From an uncultured Fidelibacterota bacterium (lineage in GTDB: Bacteria > Fidelibacterota > Marinisomatia > Marinisomatales > UBA1611): a DNA stretch of 40,501 bases. The translations under genes were made by a program, and so were the position numbers. Below, piece after piece: positions 11,750 through 21,281 of this stretch. Position 1 is the first letter of the stretch, and each line of letters begins with the position of its first letter. A model generated the notes under the pieces. The model saw nothing but the letters and a program-made list of their open reading frames with translations, was not told the origin of the DNA and made no database searches. The DNA lies in the NCBI GenBank assembly GCA_913040915.1, contig CAJWHW010000017.1, positions 1 to 40,501 on the forward strand, read 5' to 3'.

Positions 11750-12136
11750 TTGGCTGAAAATAAACCGAAAAAGAAAAAAAAGAAAAATGTAGAGCCTCAT
11801 GGCGTTGCCCACATTAAATCTACATTTAATAATACCCATATTACCCTAACAGACAAATTAGGAAATGTGATTGTATGGGAGAAAGCTGGTACGTCTGGTT
11901 TTAAAGGCTCAAGAAAAAGTACAGCATATGCAGCAACAATGGCTGCAGATAAAGCTGCTCAAACTGCTATGTCTTTAGGAATATCTAGTCTAGATGTGGA
12001 AGTGAAAGGACCTGGTTCAGGACGAGAATCAGCAATTCGTGCATTAGCTGTTGCAGGGATACAGATTACAAGTATTAAAGATGTAACACCATTACCTCAT
12101 AATGGTTGTCGCCCTCCAAAACGAAGACGAGTATAA
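11750..12136 (+). CDS. rpsK: 30S ribosomal protein S11 (TTG start)
   Basis: [39 protein letters not shown]. Confidence 0.99.
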   Translation: MAENKPKKKKKKNVEPHGVAHIKSTFNNTHITLTDKLGNVIVWEKAGTSGFKGSRKSTAYAATMAADKAAQTAMSLGISSLDVEVKGPGSGRESAIRALAVAGIQITSIKDVTPLPHNGCRPPKRRRV

Positions 12137-12145
12137 GGAATAAAT

Positions 12146-12763
12146 ATGGCAAAATCAGATACTACAAAAGGGAAGTTAGTACGGAAATTTGGGGAAAATA
12201 TTTTCGGAAATCCAAAATTTGATCGTTTACTCAATCGTAAACCTTATGCACCGGGTCAACACGGTCAAACTCGTCGTTCAAAATTATCGAATTATGGAAT
12301 ACAATTACGAGAAAAACAAAAAATTAAATTCATGTACGGATTATTAGAAAAACAATTCCGTCTGAGTTTTTTAAAAGCGGATAAAATGAAAGGTGAAACC
12401 GGTACAAACATGCTTCAATTGCTGGAAAGTAGATTAGATAATGTAGTGTACCGTTTAGGGTTTGCACCTTCTCGTCCAGCCGGAAGACAGCTTGTGAGTC
12501 ATAAACATTTTTTGGTTAACAATAAAGTTGTGAATATTCCCTCATTTATTGTGAAACCAGGCGATGTGGTTCAAGTAAGAAAAAGAAGTAAAAAAATGGA
12601 TATTATTTTAGAATCCATTAAACGCATCAAAGGTGATATTGATCTTCCTTGGTTGGAAATCGATAAAGCAAAAATGCGTGGAACATTTATTTCTGTTCCG
12701 GAAAGAGATGAAATGCAGCTTACTGTAAATGAACAGTTAGTTGTAGAATTATATTCAAAATAA
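12146..12763 (+). CDS. rpsD: 30S ribosomal protein S4
   Basis: PGQHG, QLREKQK, LESRLDNVVYRLG, VVELYSK; no Zn-ribbon cysteines. Confidence 0.99.
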   Translation: MAKSDTTKGKLVRKFGENIFGNPKFDRLLNRKPYAPGQHGQTRRSKLSNYGIQLREKQKIKFMYGLLEKQFRLSFLKADKMKGETGTNMLQLLESRLDNVVYRLGFAPSRPAGRQLVSHKHFLVNNKVVNIPSFIVKPGDVVQVRKRSKKMDIILESIKRIKGDIDLPWLEIDKAKMRGTFISVPERDEMQLTVNEQLVVELYSK

Positions 12764-12786
12764 TTTAAAAAAAGGGAAAATCCTTT

Positions 12787-13761
12787 ATGGCAACCAAACA
12801 ACTAGAACTAAATGTAGAATTCAAAGAAAATACAAAAACTGAAAACATTGGAAGTTTTTCTATACAACCATTAGAGCGTGGTTATGGTACTACACTAGGC
12901 AATGCTATGCGTCGTGTTTTACTTACAAGTATTCCCGGTGCTGCAATCACCCATGTAAAAATTGATGGTGTCCAACACGAATTTTCCACTATAACAGGGG
13001 TAAAAGATGATGTTGCAGATATCATTATGAATCTGAAAAAAGTTCGATTTAGACTGATGGATAATAATCCTGATAAGGTAACATTAACAATGAAAGGGAA
13101 AAAAGTTTTTACTGCACAGGATTTACAAGATGCAAGTGATCAATATGAAATTTTAAACCCCGAACAATATATCACTGAAATTAATGCTAAAGGAAAACTT
13201 GAGTTAGAATTGAGAATTGGTATTGGTAAAGGATATGTACCATCAGAAGAAAATGAATTGCCAAATCTGACCGTGGGAACATTATCAATTGATAGTATAT
13301 TTAATCCTGTAACAAAAGTTACATTTAACGTGCAACCTGTTCCTGGTGCAAAGGATCCTATCGAAATTCTCACTTTATCTGTTGAGACTGATGGATCTAT
13401 TACAGCAAAAGATGCAGTTTCTTATTCTGCTACTTATTTACGTGATCATCTGAAATTTGTTGAAGCAATTTCAAATCCTTCTGTATTGGAAATTTCTGAT
13501 GGTGTTTCTGATGAAACAATGGCTCTGAGAAAGCTTTTAAATCAAACTATTGACGAAATGGAGCTTTCTGTACGCAGTTATAATTGCTTGCAAGCAGCAG
13601 GAATCAAATATATCCATGAATTAGTCAGTAAGGAAGAGAACCAAATGTTGAAATATAAAAATTTTGGTAGAAAATCCTTAACAGAGCTAGTTGAAAAATT
13701 AGATTCTATGGGTCTCCATTTTGGAATGGCTGTCGATTCAATTATGGCAGAAGAAGGCTAA
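12787..13761 (+). CDS. rpoA: RNA polymerase subunit alpha
   Basis: PLERGYGTTLGNAMRRVLL, HEFSTI.GV, ELSVRSYNCL, NFGRKSL. Confidence 0.99.
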   Translation: MATKQLELNVEFKENTKTENIGSFSIQPLERGYGTTLGNAMRRVLLTSIPGAAITHVKIDGVQHEFSTITGVKDDVADIIMNLKKVRFRLMDNNPDKVTLTMKGKKVFTAQDLQDASDQYEILNPEQYITEINAKGKLELELRIGIGKGYVPSEENELPNLTVGTLSIDSIFNPVTKVTFNVQPVPGAKDPIEILTLSVETDGSITAKDAVSYSATYLRDHLKFVEAISNPSVLEISDGVSDETMALRKLLNQTIDEMELSVRSYNCLQAAGIKYIHELVSKEENQMLKYKNFGRKSLTELVEKLDSMGLHFGMAVDSIMAEEG

Positions 13762-13763
13762 TA

Positions 13764-14156
13764 ATGAGACACAATAAATCTGGACGGAAGTTAGGTCGAA
13801 AGACTGCACATCGTAAAGCACTGATGGCAAACTTAGCATCTGCATTAATCACTCATAAAAAGATAAAAACCACTGATGCGAAGGCCAAGCAACTCCGTAC
13901 TTTTGTTGAACCTCTTGTTACTTTTGCAAAGAAAGGTGATCTACATTCGCGTAGACAAGTACTGAAAAAAGTTCCACACAAGGCAATCGTCCGGGAATTA
14001 TTTGAAAATGTAGGTCCAGCATTCCTTGAAAGAAATGGCGGATATACTCGTATAACAAAACTGGGATTTAGAGATAATGATTGTGCTCCTATGTCTCTAA
14101 TAGAATTTGTAGACTTGGTCGGTGATAGCGCACCGAAAGTTGAAGCGGAAAATTAA
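13764..14156 (+). CDS. rplQ: 50S ribosomal protein L17
   Basis: MRH..GRKLGR, IKTTDAKAK, RNGGYTRI. Confidence 0.99.
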   Translation: MRHNKSGRKLGRKTAHRKALMANLASALITHKKIKTTDAKAKQLRTFVEPLVTFAKKGDLHSRRQVLKKVPHKAIVRELFENVGPAFLERNGGYTRITKLGFRDNDCAPMSLIEFVDLVGDSAPKVEAEN

Positions 14157-14174
14157 ATTAGTTTAAATACTCTT

Positions 14175-15314
14175 GTGAACCTAGAATGGAACACTTTTCG
14201 AAGGGCGACACTTGTTGCCCTTCTTTTTTTATCTATGGGAGTAGTCAAAAGTGAAGTTTTTGATGTAAGAGCTCTTTGGGTTGTTAGAGACCATATTATT
14301 TCTGAAGATAAAATAGATGCTGTTCTACGATTTGCAAAAGAAAATAATTATAATCATCTTTTTGTTCAAATTCGAGGTAGAGGTGATGCATATTATAAAT
14401 CCAATTTAGTTCCAAGATCACACCTATTAGCTAAAACTAATTTTGATCCACTATCTTATGCATTGAAAAAGGGCCATGAATCCAACATTAAAATTCATGC
14501 ATGGTTGAATATTTATTACCTATGGTCATCACCACAATACCCTTTACAGTCTGACCATTTATTACTTTCACAGCCTACATGGGTTGATTCAAAAACCCCA
14601 GATTTGATTAATATTGAAAGTACGATGAAACAAATGCAGAATGATAGAAAATCAAATGGGGAAGGATTTTATTTAGCACCTACTCACCCAGAAGTAGATG
14701 CTCACCTCCAAAATGTTATTACGGAATTATTACAAAATTATAAATTAGATGGCATACATTTTGATTATATCCGTTACCACGATTTAGGATGGGGAATGAA
14801 TCCAATTGGATTAAAATATTTTCTTAATTATCAGACAAATATCCCTGGGTTGCCACCATTAGAAATAAATGAAAGACCCTCTTTTTCTGATTATAAACGT
14901 TCTGCAATTACAAGATTTCTAAGTAAAGCATCTACCCGAATTAAAGCATATCAGCCAAATTGTATAATTTCAGCCGCAGTTAAACCTAATTTAAATAATG
15001 CAAGAAATACATTTGGTCAGGAATGGGATGTATGGTTGGCCGGAGGATATATAGACTGGGCAGTCCCTATGAATTATAGTATGAATTTGAGTACCTTTGA
15101 TAAAAATATTCAAATAATGAAACAAAGTCTGCCTAAAAAGTATATTGCTAGAGTTATTATGGGTATTGCTACATATAATCAAAATGCAAATTCTGCAGGG
15201 AAAAAAATCTATCATACAGGTATTAATGACTTTAGCGGTATTAGTATTTTTTCATACACTGTTTTTAAAGGTGAGCCATCCTATGCAAAACAACTAATTA
15301 AATATTTTCAGTAA
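14175..15314 (+). CDS. Glycosyl hydrolase-like 10 (GHL10, YddW/DigH-like) protein; start uncertain (GTG 14175 or ATG 14235)
   Basis: RALWV, FVQIRGRGDAYYKS, DPL, IHAWLN, DGIHFDYIRY, Q.W..W..G.ID..VPM.Y. Confidence 0.85.
   Translation: MNLEWNTFRRATLVALLFLSMGVVKSEVFDVRALWVVRDHIISEDKIDAVLRFAKENNYNHLFVQIRGRGDAYYKSNLVPRSHLLAKTNFDPLSYALKKGHESNIKIHAWLNIYYLWSSPQYPLQSDHLLLSQPTWVDSKTPDLINIESTMKQMQNDRKSNGEGFYLAPTHPEVDAHLQNVITELLQNYKLDGIHFDYIRYHDLGWGMNPIGLKYFLNYQTNIPGLPPLEINERPSFSDYKRSAITRFLSKASTRIKAYQPNCIISAAVKPNLNNARNTFGQEWDVWLAGGYIDWAVPMNYSMNLSTFDKNIQIMKQSLPKKYIARVIMGIATYNQNANSAGKKIYHTGINDFSGISIFSYTVFKGEPSYAKQLIKYFQ
14200..14230 (+). terminator. Intrinsic terminator of ribosomal superoperon
   Basis: GAAGGGCGAC-ACTT-GTTGCCCTTC stem-loop followed by T7, about 45 nt after the rplQ stop. 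Confidence 0.75.
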
Positions 15315-15336
15315 AAATCTAATGATAGAGATTTAA

Positions 15337-16995
15337 ATGTCGCGTATGATTCATCCTCCGACCGGGAAAAAAATATCCTGTAAAAATTGGCAGATAGAAG
15401 CTGCATATCGAATGATTCAGCATAACCTTGACCCGGATGTGGCAGAAGTCCCAGATGAGTTGATAGTTTATGGAGGTAGGGGTAAAGCTGCTCGAAATTG
15501 GGAATGTTTTGATGCAATCCTTGAAACATTAAAAAGGCTTAATCCAGATCAAACATTATTGGTTCAATCAGGGAAACCGGTGGGTGTTATAAAAACCCAT
15601 ACAACATCGCCCAGAATATTAATTGCAAATTCTAATCTTGTTCCAAACTGGGCAACATGGGAACATTTCAATGAATTGGATAAAAAGGGTCTGATGATGT
15701 TTGGTCAAATGACAGCTGGGAGTTGGATTTATATAGGTACTCAAGGTATTTTGCAAGGTACCTATGAAACTTTTGTTGCAGCAGCTAAAACACATTGGAA
15801 TACGGATTCTCTATTAGGTAAAATCACGTTAACTGCAGGTTTAGGAGGCATGGGTGGGGCACAGCCATTGGCAGTGAAAATGGCCGGAGGTGTATCTATC
15901 AGTATTGAGATCGATCCTTGGCGGATTCAACGTAGGTTGGAAACTAAATATCTGGATAAATCTACAGAATCGTTAGCAGAAGCACTAAATTGGGCTAATG
16001 AAGCTAAATTACATGGTAATGCAATATCGATTGGGTTAAAAGGGAATGCTGCTGATTTAGTCCCGGAAATTGCAAAAAGCGGAATAGTCCCTGATTTAGT
16101 TACAGATCAAACATCTGCACACGATGAGTTAGTAGGATATATACCAAATAGATATAGTTTAAAAGAAGCTAACGCACTGCGAGAAGCAGATCCTAATAAA
16201 TATATACAAGAATCTATTCGTTCAATGGGTGAACATGTGCAGGGTATATTGGATTTGCAAAAACTGGGTGCTGTTGCATTTGATTATGGGAATAATATTC
16301 GTGCGCAAGCTGTGAAAGCTGGTGTAGAAAACGCATTTGACTTTCCTGGATTTGTACCTGCATATATTCGACCATTATTTTGTGAAGGCAAGGGACCTTT
16401 TCGCTGGGTGGCTTTGTCAGGAGACCCCGAAGATATTTATAAAACAGATCAAAAAATATTGGATATTTTTCCCCATGATGAGGCTCTATGTCGGTGGATT
16501 CATATGGCTGGAAAACAAATTCAATTCCAAGGGTTGCCGGCAAGAATTTGCTGGCTGGGTTATGGTGCTAGAGCAAAATTTGGTTTAGCCTTGAATGAAA
16601 TGGTTAGAAATGGTGATTTGTCCGCACCTATTGCAATTGGGAGGGACCACCTAGATTGTGGATCTGTAGCATCACCAAACCGAGAAACAGAAGCAATGAA
16701 GGATGGCACAGATGCCGTTGCAGATTGGCCATTACTAAATGCCATGGTTAATGTTGCAGGAGGTGCCACCTGGGTGTCTTTTCATCATGGAGGTGGAGTT
16801 GGTATGGGATATTCTCTCCATGCAGGTCAAGTTATTGTTGCAGATGGAACTATTGAAATGGATTCACGTCTTAAATCTGTTCTTACAAATGATCCAGGAA
16901 TGGGAATATTTCGTCACGCTGATGCAGGATATGAAAAAGCAATTAAAAATGCAAATATTTGGAATATTGACATACCTATGTCAAATCAGAATTAG
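15337..16995 (+). CDS. hutU: Urocanate hydratase
   Basis: [62 protein letters not shown]. Confidence 0.99.
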   Translation: MSRMIHPPTGKKISCKNWQIEAAYRMIQHNLDPDVAEVPDELIVYGGRGKAARNWECFDAILETLKRLNPDQTLLVQSGKPVGVIKTHTTSPRILIANSNLVPNWATWEHFNELDKKGLMMFGQMTAGSWIYIGTQGILQGTYETFVAAAKTHWNTDSLLGKITLTAGLGGMGGAQPLAVKMAGGVSISIEIDPWRIQRRLETKYLDKSTESLAEALNWANEAKLHGNAISIGLKGNAADLVPEIAKSGIVPDLVTDQTSAHDELVGYIPNRYSLKEANALREADPNKYIQESIRSMGEHVQGILDLQKLGAVAFDYGNNIRAQAVKAGVENAFDFPGFVPAYIRPLFCEGKGPFRWVALSGDPEDIYKTDQKILDIFPHDEALCRWIHMAGKQIQFQGLPARICWLGYGARAKFGLALNEMVRNGDLSAPIAIGRDHLDCGSVASPNRETEAMKDGTDAVADWPLLNAMVNVAGGATWVSFHHGGGVGMGYSLHAGQVIVADGTIEMDSRLKSVLTNDPGMGIFRHADAGYEKAIKNANIWNIDIPMSNQN

Positions 16996-17039
16996 GCATA
17001 AGAATTAAATAGTCTGCTTATTTGTTTTTAGCTAATTAG

Positions 17040-18248
17040 ATGAAATCATTATTATTATCAAATATCAGCCAATTGGTCACGTACAACACTGAAAAAAAAT
17101 GTATGGTGACTTACAAGAATGTAGAAATTGCAATTGAAAATGGTAAGATTAGTGAGATTGGTCAAAAACTTAATCCTGCTGATAACTTCCTAGATTGTAA
17201 ATATAAATTGGTCACTCCTGGATTTATTGATTCACATACACATCCAGTTTTTTTAAATGGTAGAGATGAAGAATTTGCTATGCGCCTAAATGGTATTTCC
17301 TATGAAGAAATTTCTGCGGAAGGTGGTGGCATTATTGCTAGTATAAGTGGTGTTCGGAACTCATCAGAATCAGAGCTAATTTCTAAAGTTCAGGGCAGAA
17401 TGGATCAATTTTTAAAACTTGGAACAACTACAATAGAATGTAAAAGTGGATATGGCTTAGATACAGCATCAGAATTAAAATCACTTAAAGTAATAGATGA
17501 AGTGAATCAAGCTCACAAAATTGACATGGTCCCTACCTTTATGGGGGCACATGGATGCCCGCCTGAATTCAAAGATGATTTGGAAGGATATGTTGATTTA
17601 ATTTGTAATGAAATGATTCCTGCTATTGCAAAACAAGGAGTTGCCAAATATAATGATATATTTTGTGAGAATGGATATTTCAATGTTGAGCAAACGGAGA
17701 AAATTATAAACTCGGGAAAAGATGAAGGATTGATTCCAAGAATTCATGCGGATGAATTTGAAGATTCCGGTGCTGCATCATTAGCCGGTTTAACTAATTG
17801 TATTTCAGCAGATCATCTAATGGCTGTAAATGAAGAAGGAATTCAGAAGCTTGTTGAAAATAATGTTATTGCAACCTTACTTCCTGGAACAACTTTCTGT
17901 TTAGGTAAAATAGGGTATGCACCCTATGAAAAACTAAATCAAGCTGGTGTGGATGTAGCTATAGCAACGGACTATAATCCAGGAAGTTGTTACATTCGGT
18001 CTATGCCCTTTATTTTAACACTATCCTGCATTTACATGAAGATGCCTATACTAGAAGCATTAAAAGCAGCTACGTATACATCGGCTAAATCTCTTCAAAT
18101 TGAAAAGGAAGTTGGTTCAATCCAAGAAGGGCATAATGCAGATATGATTGTTTGGAACTTTCAGCGACCAGTTGAAATTCCTTACTTTGTTTCTGACCAC
18201 CCACTTCAGTATGTAATAAAAAATGGAATTCCTGTATTTACTCCTTGA
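17040..18248 (+). CDS. hutI: Imidazolonepropionase
   Basis: PGFIDSHTH, ECKSGYGL, IHADE, SADHL, ATDYNPG; adjacent to hutU. Confidence 0.97.
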   Translation: MKSLLLSNISQLVTYNTEKKCMVTYKNVEIAIENGKISEIGQKLNPADNFLDCKYKLVTPGFIDSHTHPVFLNGRDEEFAMRLNGISYEEISAEGGGIIASISGVRNSSESELISKVQGRMDQFLKLGTTTIECKSGYGLDTASELKSLKVIDEVNQAHKIDMVPTFMGAHGCPPEFKDDLEGYVDLICNEMIPAIAKQGVAKYNDIFCENGYFNVEQTEKIINSGKDEGLIPRIHADEFEDSGAASLAGLTNCISADHLMAVNEEGIQKLVENNVIATLLPGTTFCLGKIGYAPYEKLNQAGVDVAIATDYNPGSCYIRSMPFILTLSCIYMKMPILEALKAATYTSAKSLQIEKEVGSIQEGHNADMIVWNFQRPVEIPYFVSDHPLQYVIKNGIPVFTP

Positions 18249-18299
18249 TTCACCGAAGTTAGGATATGTAAAATCCTATAGAAATTATTGAACTGAACG

Positions 18300-18740
18300 A
18301 TGCAATCTAAACGAATATTATTTCTGGCGCTCCTAGCATTTACTATTGGAACGGAGGGTCTCTTTGCTAATTATGCTTTTAAGAAAAAAGTCAAAAGTGT
18401 TTGTAAATCTTACAGGGTAACTGTTGAATCTTCGCAACTTTCTCTTGATATAGATGAATTTTCAATGACCTTACAAAGTAATAGAAATAATTTCGAAATG
18501 GTTATGCTGGTCGGTTTTGCCTCGGCAGGACAAGCCATTGCACATCAAAAACAACTGGGCCTTGCAAATGCTTATACACCACCCATGGTAATTATTTCTG
18601 TTGAAGCACCTGTTTCTAAAGGAGAAAAAAATATTTTCATGGCAAGTTGTACGGCAGAACAAGCTATCTCTTTAGCAGAAGGCCGTATGGATTCATCACA
18701 ATTTATGCAAGAAATCATGAAAAATATGGAGATTATCTAA
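18300..18740 (+). CDS. Hypothetical exported protein
   Basis: 146-aa ORF with signal peptide-like N-terminus (KRILFLALLAF...LFA). Confidence 0.75.
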   Translation: MQSKRILFLALLAFTIGTEGLFANYAFKKKVKSVCKSYRVTVESSQLSLDIDEFSMTLQSNRNNFEMVMLVGFASAGQAIAHQKQLGLANAYTPPMVIISVEAPVSKGEKNIFMASCTAEQAISLAEGRMDSSQFMQEIMKNMEII

Positions 18741-18749
18741 GGAGTAACT

Positions 18750-18989
18750 ATGTTTCAAGATCCTAATTCACTCGCAGGTTTATTAACACAATATGGCAGA
18801 GCAGTTGGTTGGTCAATTACTGCTGCTGTAGGTTTTGCTTTTGGTGTTGGTATCGCATTAAAAGTTTTTGATTGGCTATCTTCAGATATTGATGAATGGG
18901 AAGAGATAAAAAAGGGTAACATGGGTGTTGCCCTAATTTTTATTTCATTGATTGTAATGGTGGGATTATTAGTCTATAAAGTCATCTAA
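18750..18989 (+). CDS. DUF350-like small membrane protein
   Basis: Two TM segments around FDWL..DIDEWEEIKKGNMGVA; SD AGGAG. Confidence 0.8.
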   Translation: MFQDPNSLAGLLTQYGRAVGWSITAAVGFAFGVGIALKVFDWLSSDIDEWEEIKKGNMGVALIFISLIVMVGLLVYKVI

Positions 18990-19012
18990 ACCACTTTTAA
19001 TACTACTACAAT

Positions 19013-19044
19013 ATAAAGCCCTTCTAAATTAAGAAAGGCTTTAT
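19013..19044. terminator. Probable bidirectional terminator
   Basis: ATAAAGCC...GGCTTTAT inverted repeat with inner TTCT/AGAA pairing between convergent genes. Confidence 0.6.
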
Positions 19045-20525
19045 TATATAATCCTTAAAAAAATATACATAATCAATGGAGAAAAGGCCGTATTGAACAG
19101 ATTGACCATATCATTATTGATCCAAGGATTACCAGAGATAAGGATGGCATCCTTAATCGGTTTTTCAATTATTTCCCCTTTTTGTGTTTCATATTTGGCC
19201 TGAATAGTTGCTCCAAGGATTGAATCAAATATAGCGCCTAAAAATCCACAGAAAATTATTCCATAAATTATAAAACTAGGCATTGGATGAATAATCCAAA
19301 CAGTAAAGCCAATCAGGCATGATCCAAGCAACGATCCTATAATGCCAATTCTAGTAATACCACCGGAAAGACCATGCTGTATTTCTTTCAAGTCTAAAAT
19401 TGATATTGGTTTGTTCTTAGATAGTTTGCCTATCTCAGTTGCCCAGGTGTCAGCCATTGCTGCACTTACAGAAGCATAAAATAATAATAGATTGATCGAA
19501 CTTGGATTAATAAAATTATAAATACATAATATTAAAGAAATACCTCCATTTGCATAGACTTGTATGATATCCCTTTGAGACCCTTTTGTTCGATAAAAGG
19601 AATTACTCTTAGTTATCTTACTAATAAAAGAAGAGAAGATAAAAAAGACTGCTAAAGGTACTAAAAACTGCCAACTACCAATTAACATTATAATAATGCC
19701 CATAATCAAACTACCAAAATATCCGCTTCTTGAAAGTGACTTGAGCTTATAGGCCAATAATAAAAGGAGAATGATAATTAATAGGAGAATAGAAAATTCT
19801 GTAATTGTCAAATCAAAGAATTGTTTGGAACCTGTAAAACGGTGCACATAACCAATCATAAATATTATACTTATTATTGGGATAGATAAATTATCAGTTC
19901 CATGCTTACTTGTAGCCTCAGCAATTGTCGCACCAATAGCAGTAAATAATGCCATACCGAATAAAAATATATTCGAATAATTAAATAATATTTGCGATGA
20001 TATATAGATTAATATTAAAGATGATGAAAAAAAAGTTATGGTACCTTGCAAAGATTTATGATCTTCCCAGATAGTAAAACTTAACGGATTATCAGTAGAC
20101 GAGCCGACATGGGCAGCTAATGGATCTGATATTGTCAATATTAAAAGAGAGATGATAATAAATCTAGGGTATGACCAAAATGCAATTACAATAAGCAAAT
20201 AAGCCAATGGAAAATAAACCGTACCATACGTTTTATTTTTCTGTGAATGTATACCTTGGAATACATCTTTTTTAAGAGTATAAAAATTTAAAATTGTGAA
20301 AATAAATGCGAGACATGCAGGTTGTATATTTGAAAAAAAAACTAAGGGTGAAAAGGAAATAAAAACCCCAATGAAGAAATGAATCAATCTTCGATTAGAT
20401 TCTTGGGGAATTAAACCCGATTTATTTATTTGCTCACTTAAACCAACTATACCTAGTATAAAAATTAATAAAAACCAAAAGGTTAGCCATTCATTCGCAA
20501 AAGGTAACCAGATAGGAAAAGTCAT
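19044..20525 (-). CDS. Fused phytol/dolichol-kinase-like (CTP_transf_1) and DUF92 membrane protein
   Basis: N-half RRLIH, SDPLAAHVG, KSLQG, GTDNLSIP; C-half RDIIQVYANGG, ADTWATEIG, GLSGGIT, DSILGATIQ, NNDMVN. Confidence 0.85.
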   Translation of the reverse strand: MTFPIWLPFANEWLTFWFLLIFILGIVGLSEQINKSGLIPQESNRRLIHFFIGVFISFSPLVFFSNIQPACLAFIFTILNFYTLKKDVFQGIHSQKNKTYGTVYFPLAYLLIVIAFWSYPRFIIISLLILTISDPLAAHVGSSTDNPLSFTIWEDHKSLQGTITFFSSSLILIYISSQILFNYSNIFLFGMALFTAIGATIAEATSKHGTDNLSIPIISIIFMIGYVHRFTGSKQFFDLTITEFSILLLIIILLLLLAYKLKSLSRSGYFGSLIMGIIIMLIGSWQFLVPLAVFFIFSSFISKITKSNSFYRTKGSQRDIIQVYANGGISLILCIYNFINPSSINLLLFYASVSAAMADTWATEIGKLSKNKPISILDLKEIQHGLSGGITRIGIIGSLLGSCLIGFTVWIIHPMPSFIIYGIIFCGFLGAIFDSILGATIQAKYETQKGEIIEKPIKDAILISGNPWINNDMVNLFNTAFSPLIMYIFLRII

Positions 20526-20612
20526 GAAATAAATTATAGTTAGCTATATTAAATGGCAATGACTGATGAAATTATTTGAATTAATTTTTCATAATGAAAA
20601 TCAAGGGGAAAT

Positions 20613-21185
20613 ATGATTGTTGGTGTAAATGATTTTGTCCGTCGTCAGGTTAATGGCTCGGGTAAGACATACTCAAAGACTTTGAGCTTTGAAGAAATAG
20701 CTTCCCATGCTCATACCCAGATGGAAAATGGAAAATTTTCTGCAGGTTATCGAGATGGAGTCCGTATTGTGAAAGTGGATAAATCATTTCTTTCAGAATT
20801 TATTTGCCCATATGTTAAGCTAAGTATGGATACTAAACTAGTCTCTAAGATAGTAAAAAGAAGAACTGATGAAGAGCCTTATATTCAAATCCGTGCAATA
20901 GATGGTAGGCTACTTAAAGCAGGTGCGGTGGATTTAATCCTATACCGACATGATGTATTAAATGAAAATAATGAACGAAGCACTGATTGTGAATGGGAAC
21001 TAATCAGCATAAATGCCATACCGGAAGGTGTAAACAAACTCCCCATGGGTCCTATAACAATGATGAGAAACCAGTTGGAACTAACTGGTGGAACAAAGGC
21101 ATTTTATTCATCGGAAGAATGGGCTGAATCTGTACGATTTTGGCAACAATATGTTGTTTTAGATCCTAAAAATGAAAATCGATAA
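20613..21185 (+). CDS. DUF3228-like protein
   Basis: FVRRQ, GYRDG, DLILY, WELISI, PMGPITMMRN, SVRFWQ motifs recalled for this family. Confidence 0.72.
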   Translation: MIVGVNDFVRRQVNGSGKTYSKTLSFEEIASHAHTQMENGKFSAGYRDGVRIVKVDKSFLSEFICPYVKLSMDTKLVSKIVKRRTDEEPYIQIRAIDGRLLKAGAVDLILYRHDVLNENNERSTDCEWELISINAIPEGVNKLPMGPITMMRNQLELTGGTKAFYSSEEWAESVRFWQQYVVLDPKNENR

Positions 21186-21228
21186 AGATGTTTACAATTA
21201 TTCTTTGAATAATTAAGTTCCCGTGTGA

Positions 21229-21257
21229 TTGCCAATTAGCTAATCCGAAATTATATT
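21229..21257 (+). promoter_or_regulatory. Candidate sigma70 promoter for FN3/pseudo-caspase cluster
   Basis: TTGCCA-N17-TATATT, then SD GAGG before ATG 21282. Confidence 0.45.
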
Positions 21258-21281
21258 GGCACGTAAAAAAACCGAGGTAAA

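Noticed and set aside
386..16769. Many short antisense or alternate-frame ORFs inside ribosomal, secY, rpoA and hutU genes
   Set aside because: They overlap highly conserved genes and show no recognisable motifs; shadow ORFs
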